A stretch of 57,221 nt of DNA, from contig JAPPOW010000230.1 in NCBI GenBank assembly GCA_028817775.1, positions 1 through 57,221 on the forward strand. The letters run 5' to 3'. A model generated the notes under the pieces. It had not been told where the DNA came from, searched no databases, and worked only from the letters and a program-made list of their open reading frames with translations. How positions within the stretch are numbered: position 1 is the stretch's first letter; each line of letters starts with the position of its first letter. Shown here one piece after another: positions 6,847 through 16,460 of the stretch. This DNA is from Candidatus Melainabacteria bacterium (GTDB taxonomy: Bacteria; Cyanobacteriota; Vampirovibrionia; LMEP-6097). Position numbers and translations under genes: made by a program.

Positions 6847-8169
6847 CTACATTCCTAACATTTCTTCTATATACTGCAGTTCTTCTTCAGTATATCCAAG
6901 CAAGGCATCAATAATTTCATTGAGTTGTGAGTTTTTGTAATCAGTTTTGTTACGAACTTGTTTCTTGGCTTGTTCTAGCAAATCTTGAGTATCTAAGTAA
7001 AGTGCTTCTGCTTCTTCAAAATCAGCAAAGTCACCTTCATCAAGTTCTAGACCACCTTCACTAAAACGTTTGCAAGCAAGAACAATCTTTTGGTAAACAT
7101 CGACATCTTCATCGGTACCAATTTTCTTTTCTTTCTCGAAATAGCCAATGGCTTCATCCATATTGTTCTTGACTTTGACCCATGGATCATCCTCGAGTGA
7201 CTTAAGACTCTTGCGAACAATAAGCAAATAATCTGACTCTTGATCAGAGAGATTTAGTGCTTGTGAATTTTCCTTGGTGAGTTCTTCCTCTGGTTGAGCT
7301 GCCAAAGTTTCTACTGGAGCATCTTCTAGAGCTGGTGCTCCAGGGATTGGCTCCGCTTCGTGTTCTTCAACTTTGTGCTCGCTATGACTTTCTTCAGCAG
7401 CATGTTCTTCTTCAGCAACTGGCTTGAATTTCTCTTCTTCTAGTTCAACTACTGGTGCCTTGCCACCACCAAGAACTTGGTTGAGAAAGACAGTTACTTC
7501 ATCAGTAGTTTTGTGTTCTGTATGTTCAGCTTCCTCTGTGTGACTTGTTTCTTCATGATGAGTACTAATTTCATGTCCATGGGCTTCATGACTGGTGTGA
7601 ACTGTAGAACTCGTCACAGTTTCAGTGTGGATAGAACTTGCCCCATGAGCGGTATGAGTTTGTACTGGAGGCTGAGAAACTTTGTGCTCAGTTTTGACTT
7701 GAACTTGTGGCTCGCGTTTGTGCACTATTGGAGCAGGTGCTGGATGTACTGGCTCTGGCTTATGAACTTCTTCGTGCCTCGGTTCTTCTTTCTTGGGATG
7801 AGTTTCCAGGACTCGTGGTGCCCGGTCCTGATGATGAGCCTGTGCATGGTGAGTTGTTTCATGAGCTTCAGGAGCGTGATGATGTTCTTCTACCACTGCT
7901 GCTGGTGGTGTATCATGCACAGTCTCAGTTTTATGTTCTATTGATTCTGGAACAAGTACTGGCGCTGCTTCTACCGGAGCTTGCACTGCTTCTTGTGGAA
8001 TAAAAGGCTGCTTAGTCACTGGGGCAGCTTTGCGTTGCTGGTAGTTTGCATGACGAGCGCGGGCTCGCTGCAGTAATTCTTGCAATCTGGCGTTATCCTC
8101 ACCAAGAGCACTAACGCTAGCCGGAAACGCGAGCAAAGAAATTAGAGCTAAGCTGATCTTTTTGGACAT
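6847..8169 (-). CDS. Secreted His/Glu/Pro-rich low-complexity protein with an acidic helical C-terminal domain
   Basis: Signal peptide MSKKISLALISLLAFPASVSA. Long tracts such as HHHAPEAHETTHHAQAHHQDR and HTSHEAHGHEISTHHEETSHTEEAEHTEHK. No family recognised. Two plus-strand ORFs in the same interval are compositional mirrors. Confidence 0.6.
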   Translation of the reverse strand: MSKKISLALISLLAFPASVSALGEDNARLQELLQRARARHANYQQRKAAPVTKQPFIPQEAVQAPVEAAPVLVPESIEHKTETVHDTPPAAVVEEHHHAPEAHETTHHAQAHHQDRAPRVLETHPKKEEPRHEEVHKPEPVHPAPAPIVHKREPQVQVKTEHKVSQPPVQTHTAHGASSIHTETVTSSTVHTSHEAHGHEISTHHEETSHTEEAEHTEHKTTDEVTVFLNQVLGGGKAPVVELEEEKFKPVAEEEHAAEESHSEHKVEEHEAEPIPGAPALEDAPVETLAAQPEEELTKENSQALNLSDQESDYLLIVRKSLKSLEDDPWVKVKNNMDEAIGYFEKEKKIGTDEDVDVYQKIVLACKRFSEGGLELDEGDFADFEEAEALYLDTQDLLEQAKKQVRNKTDYKNSQLNEIIDALLGYTEEELQYIEEMLGM

Positions 8170-8220
8170 GAATATAAGGTCCTGCGATATTATTATGGCA
8201 AGACCTAAATATTATAAGCG

Positions 8221-9012
8221 ATGAATCTTCAAGCCAAAATCCAAGAATTAGTAGAAAGTCCAGAACGCTTTCTGGATCCGGCACATAATGAGTATTTACT
8301 TGCTAATAAGAGTTCGCCTGAGATTGCCGAATACCTCAAAAAAGACCAGCGGGTCATCCTGCCATTGGGTTCTACCGAGCAGCATGGTCCAGATGGAATC
8401 CTTGGGATAGATCATATTACTGCTACTGGAATTGCTTATGCTGTGGCCCAGCTCACCGGAGTTCTCTGCGCGCCGCCACTTAATTACGGAATGGCAATGC
8501 ACCATCTTGGCTTCCCTGGGACAATGGCACTACGTCCCACTACTTATATCAATCTCATTTGTGATTTGATTCATTCTTTAAAACGTCATGGTTTTAAGAA
8601 GGTGATTGTGATTAATGGTCACGGCGGCAACAAGGGACCCTTCATGAACGCGCTTGCTGAGCGCGAAGATGAGTTTGCAGAGATGGATTTTAGTTTTGTT
8701 AATTGGTGGGTGATGCCTGGTTTGCAAAAAAATATCATCGATAAATATTTTGCTGAGAAGGAAGGTTACCATGCAACACCAACAGAAATTTCTGTGACTA
8801 TGGCTTTGGTGCCAGAAGCTATGACTATGCCTGATTCATATACTTGTCCTCAAGCTCAGGTTGATAATGACAACTGCGCTTGGGTGATGCCTGGTAAGTT
8901 TAGAGAGTACTATCCTGATGGAGTGATGCGGGCTGATTACTCTGGGTCTACCCAGCAGATAGGTAAAGAAACGCTGGCTTATGCTTTGACTGAGATTTGT
9001 GAATTGATTTAA
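8221..9012 (+). CDS. Creatininase-family amidohydrolase
   Basis: ILPLGSTEQHGPDG..., GFPGT..., VINGHGGN: the creatinine amidohydrolase/MftE-type fold signature. Confidence 0.75.
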   Translation: MNLQAKIQELVESPERFLDPAHNEYLLANKSSPEIAEYLKKDQRVILPLGSTEQHGPDGILGIDHITATGIAYAVAQLTGVLCAPPLNYGMAMHHLGFPGTMALRPTTYINLICDLIHSLKRHGFKKVIVINGHGGNKGPFMNALAEREDEFAEMDFSFVNWWVMPGLQKNIIDKYFAEKEGYHATPTEISVTMALVPEAMTMPDSYTCPQAQVDNDNCAWVMPGKFREYYPDGVMRADYSGSTQQIGKETLAYALTEICELI

Positions 9013-10055
9013 GCCCAATAGGTTTCCACTGCAAAAATAAATTGCTCAATAAAGATTTGTTTGAGATAGCTAAGATTATTCTGCTCATAAAAAATTAGCA
9101 GAGCTTTTTTATATTCTGCTTCATCAATATTACGGTATGAAAGTGGGCAATAGTTATGAGCGAGCAGGATGGCATTGGTTAAAGTTCTGCTGGTTCTTTT
9201 GTTACCATCTTCGTAAGCTTGCAAGTAAGCAATGAGAGCCATGGTTGCAAGTGCTTTGCAGAAAATATTGTCAATTTGATTGATAGCCACACAGCTTGCT
9301 TCAAGTGCTTCTTGGATTTGAAATTGATTGTCAAGTGGTTTGTAGTTGGTGCCACCAATCCTTACTGGATTGGTTCGGATACCAGCTTTGACGTTAAGTT
9401 CTTTAGTCAGAATTTCATGTAGTACTGAGACTTTGCTGCTGCTGATTGTTTGGAAGAGTTCAGCTTGTTCTAAGATGTAATCGATTGCTGCCTTGTGGTT
9501 GAGTAGCATGATGGCTTCATCTTTGGTTTTGCCTGCTGCTGTTCTCTGGGTTTTGAGTAAGGTTTCAGTTTCAAGTAGTGTGTAGGTGTTGCCTTCAATT
9601 TTGGATGATTTCCAGGCAAAGTCTATGGTGAAGATTTCTAAGTTTTTTTTGATTAAAGTTTGACCGAGCAATTTTCTGTTTGCTTTGTATTGTTGATTTG
9701 CTTCTTGTAGCCTGGCTAATTCATCTTCAGTAAAAACTTTTTCTTGGGATTCAAGAACCTGCTCAATAATTTCTGGCTTGAAATTGCTGATAATTTTTCT
9801 TTCATTGAATTCTTTGTAGAAGTATTCTTGTGGATTAATTTCATGAATTAGTTGGTAAGCTTTGGAAAGTTTGTATTTGCTAGCGCGAGCTTTGCCAGTT
9901 GTGCTGACTAAGTTTTGTTTGCGCAGTTCTAGGAGATCTCTATTAAGACTGGCTCTAGAGATTTTAATTCCTTCTTCTTTGAGCGAGGCAAGGATTTCAT
10001 CGTGGCTTAGCTCTTTATTTTGAAGAATTTTGAGTATATTTAAGTATCTGCTCAT
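9009..10055 (-). CDS. Fic/DOC-family protein with N-terminal wHTH and a degenerate Fic motif
   Basis: EGNTYTLLETETLLK (Fic N-terminal element), then QAYEDGNKRTSR where the canonical motif is HxFx(D/E)GNGRxxR (catalytic His is Gln, second Gly is Lys). The N-terminal segment (LKILQNKELSHDEILASL...SRASLNRDLLEL) looks like a winged helix. Confidence 0.7.
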   Translation of the reverse strand: MSRYLNILKILQNKELSHDEILASLKEEGIKISRASLNRDLLELRKQNLVSTTGKARASKYKLSKAYQLIHEINPQEYFYKEFNERKIISNFKPEIIEQVLESQEKVFTEDELARLQEANQQYKANRKLLGQTLIKKNLEIFTIDFAWKSSKIEGNTYTLLETETLLKTQRTAAGKTKDEAIMLLNHKAAIDYILEQAELFQTISSSKVSVLHEILTKELNVKAGIRTNPVRIGGTNYKPLDNQFQIQEALEASCVAINQIDNIFCKALATMALIAYLQAYEDGNKRTSRTLTNAILLAHNYCPLSYRNIDEAEYKKALLIFYEQNNLSYLKQIFIEQFIFAVETYWA

Positions 10056-10207
10056 TTTTTGATTGTATCTGTCCCTATTATACCTTTGAGTGTCCTGATT
10101 TTAGCACTTTTGTGAGTAGATTCCTGGATTGGGCTTTTTGCGGACTAGATGATATGGATTAGCGTACTCTAATCTAAAATTTAGTAGATTGTGGCATAAT
10201 ATAGTTA

Positions 10208-11467
10208 GTGTACTCAAGAATAGAATACTCTAAAATATATCAATCTAAAGATCAGCCTGAGATTACGGTTCTATTGGGCCCTAGACAAGTTGGTAAGACT
10301 ACCCTGATTAAAGCTCTACAGGAAGAGCTCGGTGGTCTCTATTTTGACTTGGATATTCTGAGTAATTATGAACGAGTCAAGAGCTATGAAGATTTTTTGC
10401 AGACCCTTAAGCTTAATGGTTACCGAGAGGAGCAGCAAGAAAAATTCTATATCTTTCTTGATGAGTTTCAGCGTTACGCTGATCTGACCATGGTCTTCAA
10501 AAATATTTATGACCATCATCCTAATGTAAAAATTTTTGCAACAGGTTCATCTTCCTTCACTATCAAAAATCAGATACAAGAAAGTCTGGCAGGGCGCAAA
10601 AAAATCTTTCATCTTTACCCGCTTAATTTTGAAGAGTTTTTGATTTTTAAAGAACGTGATGATCTGTTAGAACAATTACGTAATCTTAGAACTATCACTC
10701 AAACAAGTAAGATGAATACTGAAATAGAACTTTATACTTTGCTAGAGGAGTTTATGATTTGGGGCGGTTACCCAGGGGTTGTGCTTGCTCCAAGCACAGA
10801 GGAGAAGAAAGAAAAATTACAAAGTATTTTTGATGCTTTCATCAAAAAAGATCTCGTTGACTATCTCAAAATCGAAAAATTTCTTGCAGCAAAGCGGCTC
10901 ATAGAAAGTATTGCAATTAATAATGGACAGATAGCCAATTACAATAACTTTGCTCAGTATGCTGATATCAACGCGGTGACAGTTAAGAACTATATTGAAT
11001 TATTGCGTGAGACTTTTATTATCATGGAGCTAAGACCTTTCTTTCGTAATAAAAATAAAGAAGTGAGCAAGGCGCCTAAATTATATTTCTTGGACAATGG
11101 TGCAAGGAATTTTTTTATTAACAATTTTAATCCATTACACTTGCGTCAAGATGCCTCATTTTTGTTTGAGGGATATTTTATTTCTGAATTTTATAAGACT
11201 TGTCTTGAGTGGGATCAAATCAAATATTAACGAGACAAAAATCAAGTCGAAGTTGATTTAGTTTATGACCTAGTCCATAAGCAAATTCCAATTGAAATTA
11301 AATATAAGGCAGAGTCAAAGTATGATGACTTTTCTGGTTTGCGCAGGTTTATTCAGGAGTATCATTCTAGTGAAGCTTATATGGTTAATCTTGGACAAAT
11401 AGGGGAGGCTCAACACAAGGGCTATGAGCAGATTAAGTACCTTAGTTGTTTAACAAATATCTTGTAA
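10208..11467 (+). pseudogene. AAA+ ATPase of the DUF4143 type, interrupted by an in-frame TAA at 11228-11230
   Basis: P-loop GPRQVGKTT and Walker B FLDEFQ. After ...DQIKY-TAA the same frame continues RDKNQVEVDLVY...IPIEIKY...* to 11467. This is the usual C-terminus of the family (yWR..g.EVDfv...IEVK). The stop sits where Trp is expected. Confidence 0.7.
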
Positions 11468-11495
11468 ATCTCAACAGTGGAGACGGCCCCATCAT

Positions 11496-12176
11496 CTAAT
11501 GTAATTTTGCAATATCAGTAATCATAGTTTCACTATCCTTATGATTACCTGAACTAATAATCGGATCTTTTTCTTTGTTCTTCTCGTGCCACCAGCCAAC
11601 AAATGCTTCAACTACCGCTGGATCAAATTGAGAACCAGAAAATCTGATAATTTCTTCAAGCCCTTCTTCTGGTGAACGCGCTGGCATATAGACGCGGTTG
11701 GTAGTCATGGCATCATAGGCATCAGCCACTGTAGTGATCTTAGCAATGAATGGAATCTCATCACCATCAAGTCCATGAGGGTAGCCCTTACCATCAATAC
11801 GTTCATGGTGGAATAAAATTGGTTCAAGACAACGCTTCAAAGTTGGTACTTGAGAAATTATATTGGCACCCAAAATGACATGGGTTTTCATAATGGTAAA
11901 TTCTTCAGCTGTCAGTGAGCTAGGCTTGAATAGTACGTCATCCTTGATACCAATCTTACCGATATCATGTAATAACGAGCCACCTTCCAGGTTAAATTGG
12001 TCTTCTTCACTCAGGTCAAAGCTTTTGCCTAAGTCCTTCGACATCTTATATACGCGGTAACTATGGCCACTGGTATATGGGTCCTTGGTTTCAAGGGCAT
12101 ATATCAACGCTTTGGCGATATTATAAAATTCTTCTCCGCTCATATGAGCCATTTCACCTACTATGTCGTCCATCAA
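11496..12176 (-). CDS. HD-GYP domain protein (putative cyclic-di-GMP phosphodiesterase)
   Basis: HSYRV, LLHDIGKIGI, HHERIDGKGYPHGL: HD and GYP motifs present. Stand-alone domain with no receiver. Confidence 0.85.
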   Translation of the reverse strand: MMDDIVGEMAHMSGEEFYNIAKALIYALETKDPYTSGHSYRVYKMSKDLGKSFDLSEEDQFNLEGGSLLHDIGKIGIKDDVLFKPSSLTAEEFTIMKTHVILGANIISQVPTLKRCLEPILFHHERIDGKGYPHGLDGDEIPFIAKITTVADAYDAMTTNRVYMPARSPEEGLEEIIRFSGSQFDPAVVEAFVGWWHEKNKEKDPIISSGNHKDSETMITDIAKLH

Positions 12177-12292
12177 CTATTTAATCATATTTTAGGCAGG
12201 ATTATTTAAGAAAGGATTATTCGTGGCGTTTTTTTACAACGTAAACCAAATTTTAAAATAAATAGGTAATACTGAGATATAATGTAGAAAAT

Positions 12293-14062
12293 ATGAGAAT
12301 TCTTCTTAACCTCATTCTTATTTTAAGCTTAGTGGCGCCAGTTCAGGCTTATTCTGTGCAGTCAGAAGTGACACGTCTGATCAATCAAGGCATCACTTAT
12401 CACAGCAATAGAAATTTTTTATTGGCGATTAAATCCTTCACGCGAGCGCTTGAACTTGACCCAGAAAATGAGCAGGTCAAACAAAATCTAAGTATCGCTC
12501 ATAACAACTACGGTAAGTATTTGGCTGAGCGTACTGATGGACGTGGTGCCGCACGTGAGTTTCGTAACGCAATTTATTACAATCAATTCAATGAGATTGC
12601 GCGTGACAATCTAAATTACAAACTCAAAGATCTTAATCAATCAAGTGATGATGTCAACAAACGAATTTTGCAAGCAAAGCAAGAACGCCTGCAGGAAAAT
12701 TTCCTAGCTGCAATTGCTGAGTTGCGTGAAGCAAACCGTATCCAGAAGACAGTTGAGGCTTACCTCGAGATTGGAACTAACTATCATTTGCTTTCACTCA
12801 AAACTCCTCAGGACAAAGAGTATGTGAGCCATGCAATTGATGCGTTTAACGCCGCGATTGCAATCAACTCTGATGATGCTCGTTGCTATGTCAAGCTTGG
12901 TGACGTCCATGTAGCGATTGGTAAAATCAATCAGGGTATTGATTACTACGAAACTGCAATCAAAAAAGATCCAGAGAATAAAGAAGCGCAAGCAGCTTTG
13001 GTCAATGGTTGGCTGGCTGCAATTCGCATTGCGCCGCACCTGGCTAATAACCATATTGGTTTAGGTACTGCTTATCAATTACGCGGTGACTTTATGCAAG
13101 CTGAACGTAGTTTCCGCCGGGCTTTGCAAATAGATCCTAACAATAGTCTTGCGCTTGGCGGACTTGAAACTTTGAAAGAAGATCGGATCAAGACTCAGGT
13201 TAATTTATTTTTTGATCGAGCGGTTGCATTGCAGCAAAAAGGACAGCTGGATGAAAGTCTCTCTCATTACATTAAGGCTCTGAATTTAGAACCAATGAAT
13301 CCTGATATTCACTACAATATTGGTACAGCATTTCAAGCCAAGGGTGATATGATGCGTGCCCGCAAAGCTTATGCCAAAACTTTTGAGCTGGCACCAGGAC
13401 ACCAGGAGGCTAAGCAGGCACTTGCAGCACTTGACGCTGAAGAGCAAGAGATGCAAGTTGCTGAAGCATTCAAGGCAGCTATTCAGTTGCAACAGGATGA
13501 AGATTATGAGGGTGCAATCCTAATCTATGAGCGCATTGCAGAAGATAGACCTGATGATGATAGTTTGTTTTACAACATGGCGGTCGCTTACCAAGCGATG
13601 AATCGTTTTGATGAGTCAATCGAGCACTACCGTAAGGCTTATGCGCTCAAACCAGATCAGGCATACTCAGAAGCAATTCGTTCAGTAGAAATTGCTCAGG
13701 CTAATTCTTTATTGGCAGATGCAATTAAATTACAATCTGAAGCTAAGAACAGTGCAGCGATTGATTTATACGAGCGAGTGGTGAAATTAGTACCGAGTAA
13801 TGCTAATGCTTGGTATAACTTGGGTACTGCATATCAAGCGGTAGCTCGTGACTCGAGTGCACTTAATGCTTACCAAAAAGCTTACACACTTGATGAGACT
13901 AATCAAACCGAAGCAGTTTTCTTTGCGGCTTTGATTCTTGAGGATAAGCGTCAGTTGATTGAGGCGATTGATCTTTATTCTAAATATTTAAGTATTGCTC
14001 CAAGCGGTGATTATGCTAGTGAGGCTAGAGAAAGACAAGACTATATCAAGAGTTTCTTATAG
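12293..14062 (+). CDS. Secreted tetratricopeptide-repeat (TPR) protein
   Basis: Signal peptide MRILLNLILILSLVAPVQA. More than 10 repeats of the A..Y..AL.L.P.N pattern. Confidence 0.8.
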   Translation: MRILLNLILILSLVAPVQAYSVQSEVTRLINQGITYHSNRNFLLAIKSFTRALELDPENEQVKQNLSIAHNNYGKYLAERTDGRGAAREFRNAIYYNQFNEIARDNLNYKLKDLNQSSDDVNKRILQAKQERLQENFLAAIAELREANRIQKTVEAYLEIGTNYHLLSLKTPQDKEYVSHAIDAFNAAIAINSDDARCYVKLGDVHVAIGKINQGIDYYETAIKKDPENKEAQAALVNGWLAAIRIAPHLANNHIGLGTAYQLRGDFMQAERSFRRALQIDPNNSLALGGLETLKEDRIKTQVNLFFDRAVALQQKGQLDESLSHYIKALNLEPMNPDIHYNIGTAFQAKGDMMRARKAYAKTFELAPGHQEAKQALAALDAEEQEMQVAEAFKAAIQLQQDEDYEGAILIYERIAEDRPDDDSLFYNMAVAYQAMNRFDESIEHYRKAYALKPDQAYSEAIRSVEIAQANSLLADAIKLQSEAKNSAAIDLYERVVKLVPSNANAWYNLGTAYQAVARDSSALNAYQKAYTLDETNQTEAVFFAALILEDKRQLIEAIDLYSKYLSIAPSGDYASEARERQDYIKSFL

Positions 14063-14905
14063 ATCAGCGATTGTGTTTCTTAATAATACTAAGGCTTGGC
14101 TAGGGTTCTTTTCTTCACTGCGACCGGGTTGTGGCTTGGTCTCGTGAATGGTGTAAGTCCACTTGTCGTCTGGTTGATCTGCTAGGTAGATTTCTGCATT
14201 GATTGTTTTTCTCCCTTCTTCACCACGTTCAAGAGTATTTTTGAGGAGATCTATAATTAGAGTGCCTGGAGTTCTGGTGCCAGAACTCATCTCTAGCCTG
14301 ATAGTATTTGCTTTTGCTTGGACTAGTTTTGCAGTGCCTTTACCCATAGTTATAACTGTATTGAGTAGTCTTGGGTGAGAGTCTCGTTTTGTTTTAAAGG
14401 AAAGCCCCCTGACTCCAAAAGAGAGATCAGATTTTTTTTCTAGGCTTTCACCTCCTAAGCGTAGTAAATTATCGAGTATACTCGTTACCTGTGTGGTGAA
14501 GGCTGAGGAGGAGCTTGGTTTGGAGTTTTGACTAACCATGCATTGAAGATCGAGAGCTTTCCAGCGACCCAAATCTTTCTTGCCTTGAATCCTGATTACT
14601 CCATTGCAGCCCGGTCTTGCATGCAAGGCTTGGACGGTATATTCGCCTTTATCTGTTTTGACTTCAAAGCTAGTCTGTTTACGATTTTGGACTCGGTCGG
14701 TAATTTCTGCTTCTGGTTTATTCAGTTCCTGAACTTCTTGTGTTTGGCTTTCTCTTCGAGCTGCTGGGTAAGAGCCTAAGCTATAGCTTAAAAGGCCGTT
14801 GTAAACGTAAAATATTGGGCTGATATGTGCTCTTGAGCTAGGCATGCTATTAAATAAGACCATTAAGATTATACCAGAGACTAAGGGCCTAGTAGATTTT
14901 TGCAA
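14057..14905 (-). CDS. Hypothetical protein with an N-terminal signal/anchor
   Basis: ORF with TTG start and hydrophobic N-terminus (PLVSGIILMVLF). No family recognised. Overlaps the TPR gene end by 6 nt (convergent). Confidence 0.45.
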   Translation of the reverse strand: MQKSTRPLVSGIILMVLFNSMPSSRAHISPIFYVYNGLLSYSLGSYPAARRESQTQEVQELNKPEAEITDRVQNRKQTSFEVKTDKGEYTVQALHARPGCNGVIRIQGKKDLGRWKALDLQCMVSQNSKPSSSSAFTTQVTSILDNLLRLGGESLEKKSDLSFGVRGLSFKTKRDSHPRLLNTVITMGKGTAKLVQAKANTIRLEMSSGTRTPGTLIIDLLKNTLERGEEGRKTINAEIYLADQPDDKWTYTIHETKPQPGRSEEKNPSQALVLLRNTIADL

Positions 14906-14978
14906 GAGTGAATTTCTTAAGAAAAAGCATTGTAAAGCATGGTAAAGCTTGGCTTATGATAGTATTTCCTCCTGGTAT

Positions 14979-15054
14979 GGGCCCGTAGCTTAGTTGGTAG
15001 AGCGCGTCGTTTGCACCGACGAGGTCGAAAGTTCGAATCTTTTCGGGTCCACCA
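14979..15054 (+). tRNA. tRNA-Ala (anticodon UGC), CCA encoded
   Basis: Manual cloverleaf: acceptor GGGCCCG/CGGGTCC with the G3:U70 alanine identity pair, D-arm GCTT-AGTTGGTA-GAGC, anticodon arm CGTCG-TTTGCAC-CGACG, T-arm GAAAG-TTCGAAT-CTTTT, discriminator A, then CCA. 76 nt. Confidence 0.93.
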
Positions 15055-15069
15055 CTTTAAAAACAGAAA

Positions 15070-15096
15070 AGCACTCCCGTGTGGGGTGCTTTTTTT
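15070..15096. terminator. Bidirectional intrinsic terminator after tRNA-Ala and after the convergent 15097..15672 gene
   Basis: AGCACTCC-CGTGT-GGGGTGCT followed by TTTTTTT on the plus strand. On the minus strand the complement is followed by TTTTCTGTTTTT. Confidence 0.7.
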
Positions 15097-15672
15097 CTAC
15101 TTAGTACAATGTCTAAAATACTCTTCAAATTGACTACTAACCTTACCTAGATATTGGAATTTCTCAAAGTGAGGTTTTTTCTTGTAGACAAAGAGACCAT
15201 CATCAGTTCTAACTACTAAATATTTTTCAGTTGCTCTGTTTGCTACTTTTTGACTTAGATAGCCATCTTCATCTAGTTTAAATTTTGAGATTCTTGCTGC
15301 TGTGTTTGCATCTAATTTTTTTCTTGTATTTATATCTCCTAATTTAGTTCGAGTCGGTCTGAATTCAATATAGCTTTCGCTAGCAGCTTTAGGCTTTGTT
15401 TTTGCGGCACTTGGCTTACTGATGCTGGTAGCTTGTTTGCGCTTAGCAGTTTTTCTTTGACTAGTTTTTTTCTTAGTAGCTTTTTTCTTTTTGGCTCCAT
15501 TCTGTTTTCTGTTTACGGCAGCTGCAGCATCATCTTGCCTGGCTTCTTCACTGTGCTCCAGCATCTGTATCCTTTCTTGTGTAAGGTCGCCGCCTTTGGC
15601 TTGAACCTCAGCATCGCTGACGCCATGCCCCATGGGAGCTCTGTAACTGAATTGAGTAAGTTCTCTAGACAT
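15097..15672 (-). CDS. Hypothetical protein with a Lys-rich histone-H1-like central tract
   Basis: ORF. Contains KKKKATKKKTSQRKTAKRKQATSISKPSAAKTKPKAA. Start set at ATG 15672 (MSRELTQ) rather than TTG 15690. Confidence 0.5.
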   Translation of the reverse strand: MSRELTQFSYRAPMGHGVSDAEVQAKGGDLTQERIQMLEHSEEARQDDAAAAVNRKQNGAKKKKATKKKTSQRKTAKRKQATSISKPSAAKTKPKAASESYIEFRPTRTKLGDINTRKKLDANTAARISKFKLDEDGYLSQKVANRATEKYLVVRTDDGLFVYKKKPHFEKFQYLGKVSSQFEEYFRHCTK

Positions 15673-15837
15673 AAGCGGATATTGTAACAAGATAATAATT
15701 ATATTTCAAGCCCAAATCTGCAATTTTAGCTAGAGATGCCTCAAAAGGGGGCTAAAACACAGTATTTTGTTGATGAGATTGAAGCTGGTGCTAGCATACT
15801 GAATGAACAATTAGCAGAGCTAACTAGTGATTAATTT

Positions 15838-16437
15838 ATGTATAAAGCCATTGATATAGCTATTATCCCAGAACAATCAATTTTGAATTTGGCTTGTCAA
15901 ATCAACGCTAGTTTTGAAGATAGAAGGATAGACCTTAATTTAGTTAATGCTGTGCCCCATTTAACTCTTTCTATGGGGGTGATTGCTCAAGCTAATGAGC
16001 AGGTATTAGTTGACGGCTTGAAAGTTCTTGCAGAGAAGTATCAGGGCTTAGAACTTGAGTTAAGTCATGTATTCAATGCTGGCTTCAAAACTGATTCTGC
16101 TGAAGGCTTGGGAATTGCTGCTTCAGAGGACCTAATGAATTTACACAATGACTCTGTTGAATTAATGCAAGCATACATAGAAGGCTATTATGAGGCTGAT
16201 ATTTTTGCTGACTATGAGCAGGGTTTGGGTGAATCTTGCATGAACTGGCTTAAAAGATTTCAGGTTGAATGCACTGGCAAGAACTTTGATCCGCATATCA
16301 CTTTAGGTTTTGGTTCAGTACCAGAGCAAAAGCCATGTAAATTCAAAGCCGGACTATTGGCTCTCTATCAGTTGGGGAATTACTGCACTTGTAATAGCTT
16401 AATTGCTGAATTTAATTTGCACAAAAGTCAAAATTAA
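15838..16437 (+). CDS. 2H-phosphoesterase superfamily protein (LigT/cyclic phosphodiesterase-like)
   Basis: Two HxTx motifs in the expected halves: VPHLTLSMG and DPHITLGFG. Confidence 0.65.
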   Translation: MYKAIDIAIIPEQSILNLACQINASFEDRRIDLNLVNAVPHLTLSMGVIAQANEQVLVDGLKVLAEKYQGLELELSHVFNAGFKTDSAEGLGIAASEDLMNLHNDSVELMQAYIEGYYEADIFADYEQGLGESCMNWLKRFQVECTGKNFDPHITLGFGSVPEQKPCKFKAGLLALYQLGNYCTCNSLIAEFNLHKSQN

Positions 16438-16460
16438 TATAGTCTGAACTTAGAACAAAT

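Noticed and set aside
7477-8003. Plus-strand ORFs 7477..7944 and 7707..8003, opposite the His-rich protein gene
   Set aside because: They are compositional mirrors of a low-complexity CAC/GAA-rich region. Their translations are Phe/Met/Cys- or Leu-rich nonsense, and there is no start context.
11228-11230. Stop-codon reassignment (TAA read as sense) suggested by the in-frame TAA in the DUF4143 ATPase
   Set aside because: TAA, TAG and TGA all terminate well-conserved genes at the expected positions throughout the window (rpmH TAA, tsaD TGA, bioF TAG). A single nonsense mutation or sequencing error is the simpler explanation.
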